DNA of 64,000 nt from Caecitellus pseudoparvulus (Eukaryota > Protista > Bigyra: Bicosoecida): positions 124,001 through 188,000 of the forward strand of contig CBFFRQ010000080.1 of the NCBI GenBank assembly GCA_965644315.1. Direction: 5' to 3'. A program made the position numbers and the translations under genes. Positions 34,304 through 47,586 of this stretch are shown here, piece by piece (the first letter of the stretch is position 1; each line of letters begins with the position of its first letter). The notes below the pieces were generated by a model that was not told the DNA's origin, ran no database searches, and saw nothing but the letters and a program-made list of their open reading frames with translations.

Positions 34304-35189
34304 TTACTCAGCAGCACCTGATGGCGTTAACATGCGGAAGCCGCTTCCAACGCTGCTGCCGCCAGAAGCTGAAGCAGCGCTGCTCGCCAAGTACGACGCC
34401 AGCGAAGCAGTCCGCACTGCAGGGGCCTTTCGAAGCGTATGAACATACACAACAGATTTCTCCATGGCACTGCTTGTCGAATGTGCAGCACTACTGCACA
34501 GCTGCCACTTCGCTGGCTTTGAGCCTGGGGGAAGGAGGGAGCTCTGCACAGCCTCTGGCAACAGCTGAGACACAAGCAAGAAAGCACCGCCTGGCCGCAG
34601 GGCAGCATGTGCTCCTTTGGCCACCATGGTCAGTGCCGCATCCCCATGCTCGCTGCACCTCGCTGCGTCTGTCAGAGCCTTATCAACAACCAAGTCGAAC
34701 TGGCCCATGCCCGGCAGGTCTGCTTCGCTCAATGCGCAAGCGTCTGCTGCAATGGGTGCGATACGAGGATCTTCGGCGTGCTCCTCTTCTAGCCAACCTG
34801 AAATGCAAAGTCAAGCAAGCGTTCAGTGCTGTGCCAGTGAAGGACGAAAGCGACCCCACTCACTAATGAGAGCTGTCGACACATCAACACACGACACGTG
34901 GCCGAACCCGGCCCCAACAAGACACGACGGAAGAGAGCTCGTTCCAACCCCCAAGATGAGGGCTGATGCACTTCGTCCTGCTGCCTCGGCGGCCTCAACC
35001 ATGCCGGGCACTGTCGGCGCAGCAGCCAGCACTGCTTCTGCCGGCAAGTACCACTCAGCTCGCTTGCACTCGGTCCTAGTGTACCGCTCTTCCCAGTAGC
35101 TGCAAAAACATCGGTAGTGCGATCGTGATCAGGCCCATAATCACAGTCTAGGCCGGAGCGACCAACCTCGGAAGTCCATAAGATGGCAT
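34304..35189 (-). CDS. 7-beta-strand lysine methyltransferase (EEF1AKMT4/METTL13-N/CSKMT-like), multi-exon
   Basis: Spliced start MPSYGLPS|YWEERY..EWY; ILGVGTSSL..GFGHVSCVDVS; FDLVVDKALTDA; LRPGGAFLLVS. Confidence 0.85.
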
Positions 35190-35789
35190 CTTGTTGTTTG
35201 TCGGGTTTCATGCGAAACGCTAATAACCTGAGCACACCTGCCAGCTGCATGCCCCACATAGGGGCTTCAAAGGTGCCAGCCTCTGTGGAGAAGCCTCTTG
35301 CCTGAATGATCACAGAGGCCTCGTGCGCTTAGGAATTTAATTGTGTGGTGGCACTGAGTCGCTCCATGCATATACCCTTGAATCACAACATAGCAGCCCA
35401 CTGTTTGGCTGGTCCGTGACGGATGGGTGGGGGACACAGCAGCCGGCAGCCAGCTTCTTGGCTTCGGAGGAAGGTTCCTGCCCCTCACGGAAGCTGTGCA
35501 GGTGACACAAGCCCTTGCCAGGCAGCGACACATCTCCCACCTGGCTGTGACAAGTGACGCAGGAGGGCAGCGCCTGTGGCTTGGCGTGGCTTCAGGCATC
35601 CTCCTCGGTCCCAGCAAAGGCGGCTGGGATTCTGGGTGGTGGGGACACCTTCAAGCTCCGTCACTCTTGCACTTGCTCTGTGCCATGGCTTGACCTGCTC
35701 CAGTTCACTTGCAAAGCGAATGCACATGGGTGTCCCTTGCCCGTTCACAGACAAGGTGCAGTGCAAGCCATGGCGCAAGAGTCATTGGT

Positions 35790-35805
35790 GGTGTTGAGTA
35801 ACACC
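35790..35805 (-). terminator. Histone 3' stem-loop of H3 copy 2
   Basis: GGTGTT-ACTC-AACACC followed by ACC on the minus strand. Confidence 0.9.
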
Positions 35806-35853
35806 GTGGGGGTGGTGGGCAGGCCAAGCCTGCGCCGCAAGGCTGCGCAGCAT

Positions 35854-36288
<435 letters not shown>

Positions 36289-36341
36289 TCACAACAGGTG
36301 TGTGAGTGCGACGAGGCGTAGGGTTAGTGTGCAGTGAGTGA

Positions 36342-36887
<546 letters not shown>

Positions 36888-36965
36888 GCGGACTGCTTCC
36901 CGTGGCAGGGCTTGCCTGCCAGGCGGCGTGTGTGCTCGCGCACTGCGCCGCCCCACCACCCCAAC

Positions 36966-36981
36966 GGTGTTCCTCAACACC
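36966..36981 (+). terminator. Histone 3' stem-loop of H4 copy 2 (loop CCTC)
   Basis: GGTGTT-CCTC-AACACC followed by ACC. Confidence 0.9.
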
Positions 36982-37183
36982 ACCTTCACATGCACCACCA
37001 CACGCTTGGCTTGCTGGGCAGGTCTGGATCAATGCACCCTGCACGTGGTGCGCGCTTGCACTCCGCTGCAAGTGCTCAACCCTGCCTGGCTGTGACCTCA
37101 ACGCATCATGCACAGCCGGGCCCCACGCAAACAACCGCAATTCATTTCAAAGACCGCACAACTACCCACATCGTCATACTGGT

Positions 37184-37199
37184 GGTGTTGAGTAACACC
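37184..37199 (-). terminator. Histone 3' stem-loop of H2A copy 2
   Basis: GGTGTT-ACTC-AACACC followed by ACC on the minus strand. Confidence 0.9.
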
Positions 37200-37272
37200 G
37201 TTGGGGGTGGTTGCTGTGCACAGATGACAGGATGGACCCTGCCGACGCCACAGCACGAAGCAGCCTGCTCGC

Positions 37273-37644
37273 TTACTTCTTCTTGGGCAGCAGCTGAGAG
37301 TGGATGTTGGGCAGCACACCACCAGACGCGATGGTGACGCCAGCCAGCAGCTTGTTCAGCTCCTCGTCGTTGCGCACAGCCAGCTGCACGTGGCGGGGGA
37401 TGATGCGGCTCTTCTTGTTGTCACGAGCGGCGTTGCCAGCCAGCTCCAGGATCTCAGCGGCCAGGTACTCCAGGACAGCGGCCAGGTACACGGGGGCACC
37501 CGCGCCGATGCGGGAGGCCACACGCTGGTTGCGCATGTACCGAGCGACACGACCCACGGGGAACTGCAGACCAGCCTTGGCGGAGCGGGAGGTGGACTTG
37601 CCACCCTTGCCCTTGCCGCGGCCGCCCTTGCCCTTGCCAGACAT
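37273..37644 (-). CDS. H2A: Histone H2A (copy 2)
   Basis: Protein identical to copy 1; ATG 37644. Confidence 0.99.
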   Translation of the reverse strand: MSGKGKGGRGKGKGGKSTSRSAKAGLQFPVGRVARYMRNQRVASRIGAGAPVYLAAVLEYLAAEILELAGNAARDNKKSRIIPRHVQLAVRNDEELNKLLAGVTIASGGVLPNIHSQLLPKKK

Positions 37645-38110
37645 GTTGGATGAGGTGTGTGTGTGTGTGCGGTGGTCACAACGTGACGATGCAGATGATG
37701 CGTGGTGAGTTGGTGGGGATGATTGATAGTGGCTTGGGCGGGGCAAGTGTGCTGCGTGCGGCGATTGGCCGCGCAGCTGACGGGGCTGGCGGGGTGTGCA
37801 TGTGTGCTGCTGGAGCACATGCATGGGACTAGCCCAGACTGTGTGATGCGCTCACTGGATATTGCATGCCAATCACACATGTCTACATTGCACATGAACT
37901 CCAGAACATGTGTGGTTGATGCGCCTGGTGTGCATGCATGTCAGTGACCGAGCAGTGCATGTGGCGCAGTGCACATAGCACACTCCCGCCCACCTCCACC
38001 CACACTCCCTCGCTTGCCCCCACTTCACTCTACCCGCCCACCTCCGTCACACACGCTTCCCAGCACCCCAGTGCTCACTTCCCCGTGTCACACAACCCCC
38101 ACCCGTCACC

Positions 38111-38464
38111 ATGGCCAAGACCCCTTCCAAGAAGTCCGCCAAGAAGGCCGGCAAGTCCTCCGCCTCCACTGGCTCCAAGAAGAAGCGCGTGGAGAGCTAC
38201 TCCACCTACATCTACCGCGTGCTGAAGCAGGTGCACCCCGAGATCGGCATCTCCAAGAAGGGCATGGGCATCATGAACTCCTTCATCAACGACGTCTTTG
38301 ACCGCGTGTGCGCCGAGGCCGCTTCCCTGGCCCGCTACAACAAGAAGGCCACCCTGTCCTCCCGCGAGGTGCAGACTGCCGTGCGCCTGGTGCTGCCTGG
38401 CGAGCTGGCCAAGCACGCCGTGTCCGAGGGCACCAAGGCTGTGACCAAGTTCACCTCCGCCTAA
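38111..38464 (+). CDS. H2B: Histone H2B (copy 2)
   Basis: Protein identical to copy 1. Confidence 0.99.
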   Translation: MAKTPSKKSAKKAGKSSASTGSKKKRVESYSTYIYRVLKQVHPEIGISKKGMGIMNSFINDVFDRVCAEAASLARYNKKATLSSREVQTAVRLVLPGELAKHAVSEGTKAVTKFTSA

Positions 38465-38542
38465 GCGTCTGGACTTCCCCGTGCAGTGGAGTGGGGGGAG
38501 CAAGGCGCCCCTCCTTTCACTGGCACATCCACCACCCCCAAC

Positions 38543-38558
38543 GGTGTTACTCAACACC
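38543..38558 (+). terminator. Histone 3' stem-loop of H2B copy 2
   Basis: GGTGTT-ACTC-AACACC followed by ACC. Confidence 0.9.
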
Positions 38559-38605
38559 ACCTTCCTTGTTTGGCGTCAGCTGAAATGTATTCGGCTGGTA
38601 GAGGA

Positions 38606-40801
38606 TTACTCAGTTGGTCGCTCCCATTGGCTCTCCCCAGTTCCCTCGTTGATGTAGTACACGTCGCCTTCTTCGTCAGGGCCAACCTTGGCCCAGCCAT
38701 CTGGCAGAGGGCCTAGTTCGTCTTCCGTTGTTTCTTCCGGTTCCCCACCAAAGTCAACGCCACCGCCCACTTCACCTGCCTCCTCTGCTCCAGCAAGGGG
38801 GGGGTCCCACTGGCTTTCACCAGTTTCGGCGTTCACGTAGAACACATCCCCGTCGTCATCCTCCACTCGCTCCCATCCCGGAAGCAGCTGCGTCGCTTCT
38901 TCGGCCTCCGGGGGATCCCACCGGCTCTCCCCCGTGATGTCATTGACGTAGTAGATGTCACCTTCTTCATCCGGGCCGATTTGCTTCCATCCAGGTGGCA
39001 GGGTGGCAGCTGGTGGTTCTTCATCTGAACCAGCCTCCTCGCCAACTCCCTCGTCACCCTCCTCAATGGTTGTTGGGGGAGCATGCGCAGTTGCAGCACT
39101 GCCACCGATGGCGAAGTGGTGAGGGCGTCCCTCTGCCTCGCCAAGCAGTGTTGGGGCTTTGGCTTTCTCAGCTGCGGAGAGCGCTTTCCTGTGAGACTCA
39201 GCTTTCCCTTTCTGCTTCGCGAGCAGAGCCACAACGTAGCGCTCTACAGAGGCTTCGATGGCTGGGGCCAGCGCAGACACAAGGTACACGATGGCTGCAT
39301 CCTCCAGGGAGTACGCAAAGACCTTTCCATCGCGAGAGACAGTCCACTTCGTGATTTGCCCATACTCGTGGGTTTGGAGGGAGAGGGGGTCCTTCATGGA
39401 TACCAAGTGGATGCCCTCGTGCCCAATGGAGACCAGGACATCGGTCGTGCGCTGCCTCACTGCAGCGTCCGAGTCGTTTGCATCCTTGTCTTTGTACGTA
39501 TGCTGTGGGGGGGGGGTGGCGGGCGGTTTCGCGCTTTCCTGGAGCCTTGTGCGTGGCCACGCTGAGCTGCTCACCCGTGCGATGAAGAAGTCCGCACCGA
39601 ATGGAATGTACTCCTTGTTCTGCTCGATAAACTCGTGCTCTGCGGCGAATCTGTCCTTGAAGCTCATGGCAGTGTACCGTTGCCAAGACTGCCTCGATAG
39701 CTCCTCCAGGCTGGCAGCTTCTGAAGACAGGTGCAGACGCATGTACGGGATCTTGCCCGACACCGGGTGGGGGGCGTCCTTGGTCGCGTTACTTGCGGAC
39801 CACGGGCTGTCACTGCCAGAGACTGCGGACTTGCCAGACGACGCGCTGCTGCCCCCTCCACCCAAAGCCCGTTTCACCGCATAGGCTGGCACCATGTACT
39901 TGTAGGCTGCCTGGAACGCATCCTGCTCCGCGCCTGGTGTGCCAGGAGGGCCCCTGAATATGTACCAGAGCAATGCTGCCAGCTCTGTCACCTCTTCAGC
40001 GGGGAATCTGTGGTGCCCTACAAGGAACTGCACAGGCAGCAAGCAGGGCAGTGCAGTGTGGTGCAGCGCTTGGGCAGTGTGCATCGCACGGCGTACCCAA
40101 TGGACGCAGTCAGCGAATGCGAGACGGTGGTACGCAGGGCTGCTGGCCTTTTCAGCCAAGTCACACTCCACCTCCAGGTCACTGCCAGGCAGGTATAAGC
40201 TTGGTCGGTAGTAAAGCCGCCGCGTGTCTGTGGCAGGCATAGCAGCATCAGTCTCAACGGCGGGCTGCGGAGGGTTGGCATGCGCCACACACCATTGGCC
40301 AGGTCTGCCTTGGTCCACCGTTCGAAGACGCGGGAGAACCGCTCTGTCTCAGGAAGGTGCTTGAATTCACCCGACTTGTAGGCATAGAGTCCAAAGTCTC
40401 GGTCCTTCTTGATTCCGAGCTGCAAGGAGGCAAGTGAACGGGTGGTGTTGCCGCAACCACGCCGAATGTGCGGAGGGGCAAAGCAGCAAAACGCCCTCCC
40501 GGGGGGGGATACAGGTCATCTGCAGGAAAAGCACATGCGCAACAACAGCAATAGCGGCATGCCAGGTTCTCAGCTAGCCCACGCATGCTACGCCACGCAT
40601 CGGCAATGGTGGCATGGTCACACAGCGACCTTGGCTTGCGCTCGGACGTACATGGTCCCGGATGACCACATTCAGCATATGCACCGTCGAGTCCACTTTG
40701 ACCTTCACATTGATGATCGTGTTGTCCAGCAAGTGCACAGCCACGTCCAAGCCATCCAACGGGATCTTGAGAGGCTCGCCCCCGTCTCCCGCAGATGCCA
40801 T
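38606..40801 (-). CDS. FERM-domain protein with three C-terminal WW domains, multi-exon
   Basis: F1 VAVHLLDNTIINVKV / LGIKKDRDFGLY; F2 EEVTELAALL..PFGADFF; F3 VLVSIGHEGIHLV..EYGQITKW; 3x LPxGW..YYVN..TGESxWxxP. A further in-frame upstream exon from ATG 41000 is possible. Confidence 0.85.
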
Positions 40802-41918
40802 CGTGTGTCGCTGTGGAAAGATGGCTTGCTCCAGCCCAGTGCAAGACGCACAAGGCCTGAGACGGCCAGGCTAGCAAGGGGGCTACCTGCTCCACGTATA
40901 GGGGATGCTCCACGCTGCGCAGGTTGCGAGACCGCACTGGCAGCTTGAGCAAGTTTGACTCAGCGCTGAGGTTGCTTCGCGCCAGGTCACCCGAAGCCAT
41001 GTCGCGAACGCCGGGCCAATTTCCAACCAGGTACTACACTGAAAAGGAAAGGGTGTGTTTCATTGAAAGGTGGTTTCTCTTTTCGTTCACCATCCCCGGG
41101 GGCCTCAATGAAGTCGTCACGGGGGCCGCCTCTTGCGCGGCTCTCCTCCACCTTCAACCGCTCTTCGCACCGCTGCACCGCTCGCAGCCAGGGCGGGAAG
41201 AATTGTGCTCGAAACAGCATGCAGGGTTCCAGTTAGTATGCTTAACTAAGGGGCACTCGGTCAGGCGCAAAAGCTTCACAGCTTGAGCTCCCGTCCCCGT
41301 CTGCATGCAGCATGATGTGCAGTTGTCGCGGTGCAATTTCCGCCGCAACTTGTGGATTCCACACGCAGTACAGCTTTCATAGGCCGCTACCTTGTTGTTT
41401 TTCTCATTGTTGGGTCCAGATTTGTCACGTTTCTCGTGAGGTTTGCCTTCTGTGGGGCACAGGCCTTGCCGTGGCCCGCGTTTGTGCGGCTGCTGCTGGT
41501 GCGGATCAATCACCGCTTCCTCCCAACTCCTGCAGCACCATTCTAGAAAGTGCAACCACAGCATGCTAAGTGCTGCTTCAGTTTGGTTAAGTGTGCAGTC
41601 CTTCACCACCGAGAAAACTGGCCAGTGAGGCATTGCAATGCTGCCCGCGATCCCGAACCCGCCCAAGGGGTGGACATGCACCACGGTCTCAGCCCGCTTC
41701 ACACTGGCCACAAAGTGAAAGGCTGCACACAGCTACCACCAAGTACAGTGCATTTCTGGCTTGCAAGCTTGCTTTCAGCGGGAGCCCTTCTGCCCTGAAG
41801 AGCACAGTGCTGAGGTTGCTCCCCAATCTCCGCAACTTTCCACGCCGACCCTGGCAGGCCAGGCTTCCAAGCATGGCACTCGCGGGGAAGGAGGGGGACT
41901 CGTGTTCACAAGTGGCGC

Positions 41919-43253
41919 TTACCATGCATCGTTGTCAAGGCTCCTGTGCTTTGGCACTCCACTGGGCGCCACCAATGAAGCGCAGATGACGTCAGCTGAA
42001 CGTAAGAGTGCTGCGGAGCAACGCCACCTTTCCGCGCCTGCCGAGCGTGACGAAGGGGGGGTGGGGGGGCGCCCGGCCTCGGCCCCGCAAGGCCACCGCC
42101 GACAGCACTGGCGCCAAAACGTCCAAACCTCTTCCATGAATTGTTCACCATGCTTCAGTTCCAGCTCAAGAGCGTCGCTTCGCCTGCCCGTCCACCAAGC
42201 CATCGCTGCAAACAGGGCCCGGTTCAATTGCTCTGAGCCCACAGTCAGGATGCCCTTAGGCACCAGTACAGCCACAGCGAGCATGGCTGAGCCCTCAAGC
42301 AGGGTGCCCAGTGCCTTACTGCATCGGTCTGGTATGTCCTTGCCTTCACTCCCTCGACACTGCTTCGCTGCACGCGCAAGACACGCGTGTGACACAGGCT
42401 CCCTGCACCGAGGCGGCCAGCCACCGGCGGCCTGCAAGCTGCTGCACTCCCAACGCCAAGCTGGCTGCTGCAGGCGATCAGCGAGCTTCACCTGTCAGCC
42501 CCTGGCACGTCCACAGCCTGTGGCTTGCCGCTTGTGCGGTACCAAGTCTTCTGCGCCGAGGGACGGCACGGGAAGCCCGTGCCCCTCGGCAGCTTGCTGC
42601 GGCACCGGGGAGGCTGCAGCTGCGGGGTGTGACGTGCCTCCCTGCTGCTCTCCTGTGACGAGTGGCAGGCGGAGCATGTCCATGGATCTTCCTGACTTCG
42701 ACTGTTGTGAAGTTCCTCTTCCCAAGCCCCTTCCTGCATCGAGGGCTACCCAGGACGTGGAGCCTGTGGTGGACCTCGTGCAGGGAGAGGAGGTTAGGAG
42801 CTCAGCCGAGCCAGGCCACCTTCAACGATGCATGCAACTTGGCGAAGAGCGCAGTGTCGGCACGTGGACGGAGCCACCAGAGGCAGTGACTCTTCCCCCC
42901 CTTTACCTGGCTCTTTCGTGCAGCTCTGAGAGGTTGGGGCAGCGAGCAGGCACCGTGAAAAGCGCCGCCTGCCTTGCTCCGTGGAGTGGAGGCCCAGGCT
43001 CCAGCTCCCCTCGAGGCGCCACGCCAGCCCTGGAGCCTGGGGAAATCTGGTTCGCCCCCCCCTCTGAGGGCGCACATCCTGTCGTCTTGCCCTCTTGTAG
43101 CAACCATGTGGCTCCATCCGAGCCGTGTGCGTCCTGATGTTGGCCCGCACGCCCTGGCCCACGTTGCGGAGCTTCCCCCTCGCCAGCAGCTCCGCAGCGA
43201 AACGCGGCTTGCGCGCATGAGCCAATGTGCGCCTGCATTGATCCCTTCACCAT
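41919..43253 (-). CDS. Hypothetical multi-exon protein (strand and limits uncertain)
   Basis: Three minus-strand ORF pieces separated by intron-like signals: GTAAAG donor ~42906, CTAAC..CACGAG acceptor ~42776, CTGACAG acceptor 42492. The + strand 458-aa ORF reads like its antisense shadow. Confidence 0.35.
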
Positions 43254-43715
43254 CGCTGCTGTAATTCATCCATGTGCTTGCCCAGCTCCATGCAAAAATC
43301 CCGCACAGGAAGCAGGGGGGGATCTCAGAGGCTCGCACAGCTCTTCCACGGTTGCACCGTGCTTCCCCCCGCAAAGAGAGCTGCGGCGCTGCACACACAC
43401 AAAGTGGGGGCGCTCCTCGTCTGCTCCGCCGGCAACGACCTGCGGCTAATTTTTAGCCCATCCTCGTGCCCTGTTTGCGAGCTTCAGCCCGCATGTGGTG
43501 GTCATGTGTCGGTGGGTGCCTGAGCTCGCTCTGTGGGCAGCGTGCATGCCCGGCCAGCAGGACGCTCAATCTGGAAGAGCACACTCGCACCAGTGCATTG
43601 ATTGGCATGAAGTCGCCCAATGTACTCGCCTTGGTGAGGGGGGTGTGCAAGAACTTGCCGGAGACGGGAAGCTGGCGCACACTGGGGCAGGGGAGCGGGG
43701 GGGCAGGCCAACACT

Positions 43716-46700
43716 CTAGGCAAGGCCACTGAAGAAGGAGGTGGCTTCGTCATCACTGGCGCCGTGCTGCAGCAGTACCTCCTGCAATGCGCTTGTGCCC
43801 ACGCCGAACTGCTTGGACATGTCCCCGAACACTTCGATGATGGCGCCGTCGGGGAGGCGCAAGAAGTGTCGGTACAGCTCACGCGAGCCGTCCAAGCCTG
43901 CCTCATAGATGATGATGTGGGTGGTGACCTCCCTGAAGTCCTCATCCAGAGGATCTGTGAGAATGTAGTCGCAGACAGCGATCTTCCTGGAGCGACCCCG
44001 AGTCCCCCGCCAGCGTGCTGTCTTCGCAGCGACATCCTTCAGCTCCGCCAGGCTCACTTCCATGTCATGAGGCACGAGGAAGGCAGATTCGTGGGCATTC
44101 AAGCGCCGGTAGACGTCAAGCATGCGGCCATCCATGTGCATGTTGAGCAGGAAGAGGTACGTGAAGAAGGCAGCCACCATGAAGAGCACCAGGTACAGGA
44201 AGACGGTGAGGATAACGCCTGCAACCCCTGAGCCTTCGTCTGCGAGAAAGCGGTTGTACAACTTCCACGCATCACCTTCATGGCACACGCAAGAGGTGGC
44301 AGAGATGTCCCCGCGGCAGGACGCTCGTTCGCTGCAGAAGAAGAAGCCAGCAATGGCATCCACGACGAAGATGAGGAACGGGTCCAAGCACGTCGCAAGG
44401 CCGTAGAAAGCCACAAAGCGAGAGTACATCTCTGGGATGTGCCGCACGAGCAGCAAGCACAGCCATGCTGCGAAAATGAACAACCCCAGCGCAAAAGCGT
44501 TGGTCAGGGGGCCCATGATGACCACGCCCATCTCGTACTCAAAGGGCAGCACGCCAGGCACGTACTTGAGCAAGACATTGTAGCCGGTGGGCGCAAACTG
44601 GTACACAGGCACGCGCAGGGCCCTGAGCAACAACCACTGGCCCAAGTAATGGATGTAGATGCGGAAGTACATGGCTAGAAGCAAGACGGCGAGCTGGATC
44701 CAGAACTGCACATTGGTGAAGGAAGGAAACGCGAGATCAGCAAAGAGCTCCTCCGACATGAAGCGCACCTTCCGAGCAGAGTCTGGCAAACGTCGACCCT
44801 TGACACCTTTGTTCTCCTGCCGCGTGACCGCATACATGAACGTGTGCAGTTTTTTCTGCTCGGTCTCCATCGCTTGATCAGTCGCCTTTCGGCGGGAAAC
44901 ACCAGAGGAGGCTCCCCGCACCACGCCAGGTACTGCGCCCAAAATGCCTGCCACAGACGACCGAGCCGTCCCACTTTCATCGTCCCCGATGCGGCTGGCG
45001 TCTGAGACCAAGTTGCGAGCCTTGGCTCGCTGCTGTGCATAAGCACCAGCAAATCGCACGCCTTTCCCATCTGCCGCTGCCGCAACGCTCAGTGCCGACG
45101 GCGCAGCGTTGCCACCAGCCAGTAGTCGAGCAAGGCGTGGCGCGTGGGAGCCGCCCGCTGCACCCATTTCCGTGGATGCATACGGGTTGCGCTTACGTGG
45201 CAGGCCTGGGCTGGCGCCACCTGCCGCCAGGGTGCTTGCGTATGCGCCCCCAGCAGCTGCCGCTGAGGGTCGGCCAAAAGATGACGCGTAGGCGCCGCCT
45301 CCGCCGCCGCCGCCGCCGCCAGAGAAAACGCTGGTGTATGCAGACCCAGTGCCTGACTTGCGACCAGATGCGTCCGATCCAGGAGTGAGGGTGGAGGAGT
45401 AGGCGGATGCCCGAGTACCCGTCCCGCCGCCCAGTGTCGAAGCGTACGCACTGGAGGGGTGCATGGCACCACCGCCACCACTGGCACCTACCAACGTTGA
45501 CGAGTATGCAGAGCCCCGTGTGCCTGGTGCCAAGCGCTTCTTCAGCGGCGCTGCCACCTGCGACGAGTAGGCAGAGGGGCGAGACTTGGTGTACTTGGAC
45601 CTGTGATCCCGGTGGGTCATCACGCGGGCTGCGCCCACTGCCACATCCTCGGCTTCCCCGTCGACATCCGAGGCCGAGTCAAAGCCATCGCTGTCGTCTG
45701 AAAAGTCGTCGTCCACACCTGGGTCATCCCCCAGCAGCCCAGCCCGCTCAGAGATAGGCTTGTCACTGCCTGCGCCGACAGCATCGTCCTCTGCATCCAC
45801 GACGCTGCCCCGCCGTTTCGCCAGGCGCTTCGCTCGTGAGGCCGAGAGCCCCAGCATCTCAGAGGTGTAGGAAATGTGGGTATCGTACTCCCGCACAGTC
45901 GTGCCGTCCACGACTGCCGTTCGGGGCAGGTGGGATACGTCAATGTACAAGTTCCCCAGCCAGTTGTCCAGGTCATCACCGATGGTGAGCTCGAGCTTGG
46001 AGTACATGTCCACGTTCAGGTTCAGCTCACCACGCAAGAGAGGCAAGCGAAACTTGCCCTCAATGGGGCGGAAGTCTGCATCAGTTGCTGGAAGTGCAGA
46101 CCAGGCCACGACGCGGTCCACGGGGGAGCGCTTGCCTCCGAGCAGGAACAACTCGAAGATGATGACGTTGGAGGGGCGGATTTGGGTTGGTGGGGGCAGC
46201 ATGGCGTACAGCTTCTGGTTGAAGCGCAGCTCAGTGTCGAAGAACCGGCCCCAGTGCCGCACTGCTTTCGTGGCGCCGCTGAGCCCAGCAGATGCCAAGC
46301 CCCCCGTCTTGCCCACCTTGCTCCAGCGCATGGGCGCGCCGCCCAGCCGGTCGTACAGTGTGGCCAGCAGCACGTACCGCCCGGTGGGCAGCTTATTCTT
46401 GATGGCTCGCACCTTTGTGACTTCCATTTGCACTGGCTGTGGGAGCCCCCTCCACTCCACACGCAGCTCCCGGGTCCCACTGCCATGAGCAAGGTCCGGC
46501 AACAGATCCCCGTACCGCTCTTGCACAACCCCTTGCTGCTGCTGCAGGCGTTCACGCAGGCTGGTCTCGGCTCGCCGAAATGCCCTGTGAATGGCTGTCT
46601 CGCGCTTGTGTGCTTGGTCTGCGAAGTAGTCGTCCCGTTTGCGCAGCGTCTCGGCCATGGCCTGCTGCGCCTGCCACACCCGGCGTTTTGCCGCTGCCTC

Positions 46701-47336
46701 TGCCGCGGAAAGCCGCAGCTCTCGCTCGGCGAACCGGTCAGCGTCCTCTGCGTCACGCTGGAGGCGCTCCATTTCAATGGCCGATTCGCGCTCCCGCAGC
46801 TCATCCTCGCCCACCATGCCCACCACCACTTCCTCCGACGCCACTGCACCTTGGAACTGTGCAAGGTAGTCTGGCACTTCCTCCTCCTCCACTGTGTCGG
46901 CGGCCGCCGTCACGCCAGAGGTGTCTGCCTTGTGCTCAGGTGCTGGAATGGAGCCCGGGCTGGCGAACTCTGCGTCGCCGATTTCCTTCAGTGATGGCAT
47001 GCGGCTCAGGGAGTGTGCCGCGGGAGCCGTGCCGGTCGCCGCGGCACCATCTGCAGCCACCGCCGCAGAGTCAGCGCTGCCGGACGCGTCGCGCTCGAGG
47101 GAAGGTGCAGGTCCAGTGGAACCAGCAGCCTCAACGCCCTGGTGTGGCGAAAGTTCTCCTGCGAGCATCAGGGGGAGTGGAGGCGTGTAACGTCCTACCC
47201 AAGCCGTGCAGCGCAAGTCCCGAAGACTGGAAACTACCGTGCCGCAGAGCACACCATGCCACCATGAAGTAATACTTGTTGGCAGCGCACGCTACTCAGC
47301 GCAGCACGCACCATCGTCAGCGTGCGCAGCCGCCAT
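43716..47336 (-). CDS. OFCC1: OFCC1-like protein (coiled coil, C2-like domain, low-complexity linker, multipass TM C-terminus)
   Basis: EWRGLPQPVQ..KNKLPTGRYVL..LYDRLGG..FELFLL..DRVVAW..EGKFRLPLLRG, then about 5 TM helices and HMDGRMLDVYRRL..FLVPHDMEVS. Short exon 1 from ATG 47336 (MAAAHADD) with a GTGCGT donor splices in frame into the 1178-aa ORF. Confidence 0.8.
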
Positions 47337-47586
47337 GGCAGCCGAGCGGAAGTTGAGCAGAGGACGTTTCTTTGTGCTTGGTCGGGAGCCTGGACTGCTA
47401 GAAAGCCCTGCAAGAAGGCGGAGCGAGTAAGCAACGAGCAGTGTATGCCCTGGTACCAGATGTCTCGCGGGCGGGCTATGCCTACCTGCCTTCTTCGAAT
47501 GTATGCTCTGCAGCGCCTCACTTCACTCAGGCCAACGTAGGCAAGTCGAGCAGGCTGGAGCCCAGCCAGCAGACTTGCAACGCTGA

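Noticed and set aside
35200-35756. Possible H1 gene or pseudogene next to histone copy 2
   Set aside because: Only short ORFs are present, with no winged-helix or Lys/Ala/Pro-rich H1 signature.
41761-43137. 458-aa plus-strand ORF as a real gene
   Set aside because: Its Ser/Cys/Pro-rich composition is typical of antisense shadow frames, and the splice signals lie on the minus strand. Kept only as an open question.
45294-45320. (GCC)n tract
   Set aside because: It encodes a poly-Gly run in the OFCC1-like linker; an ordinary coding microsatellite.
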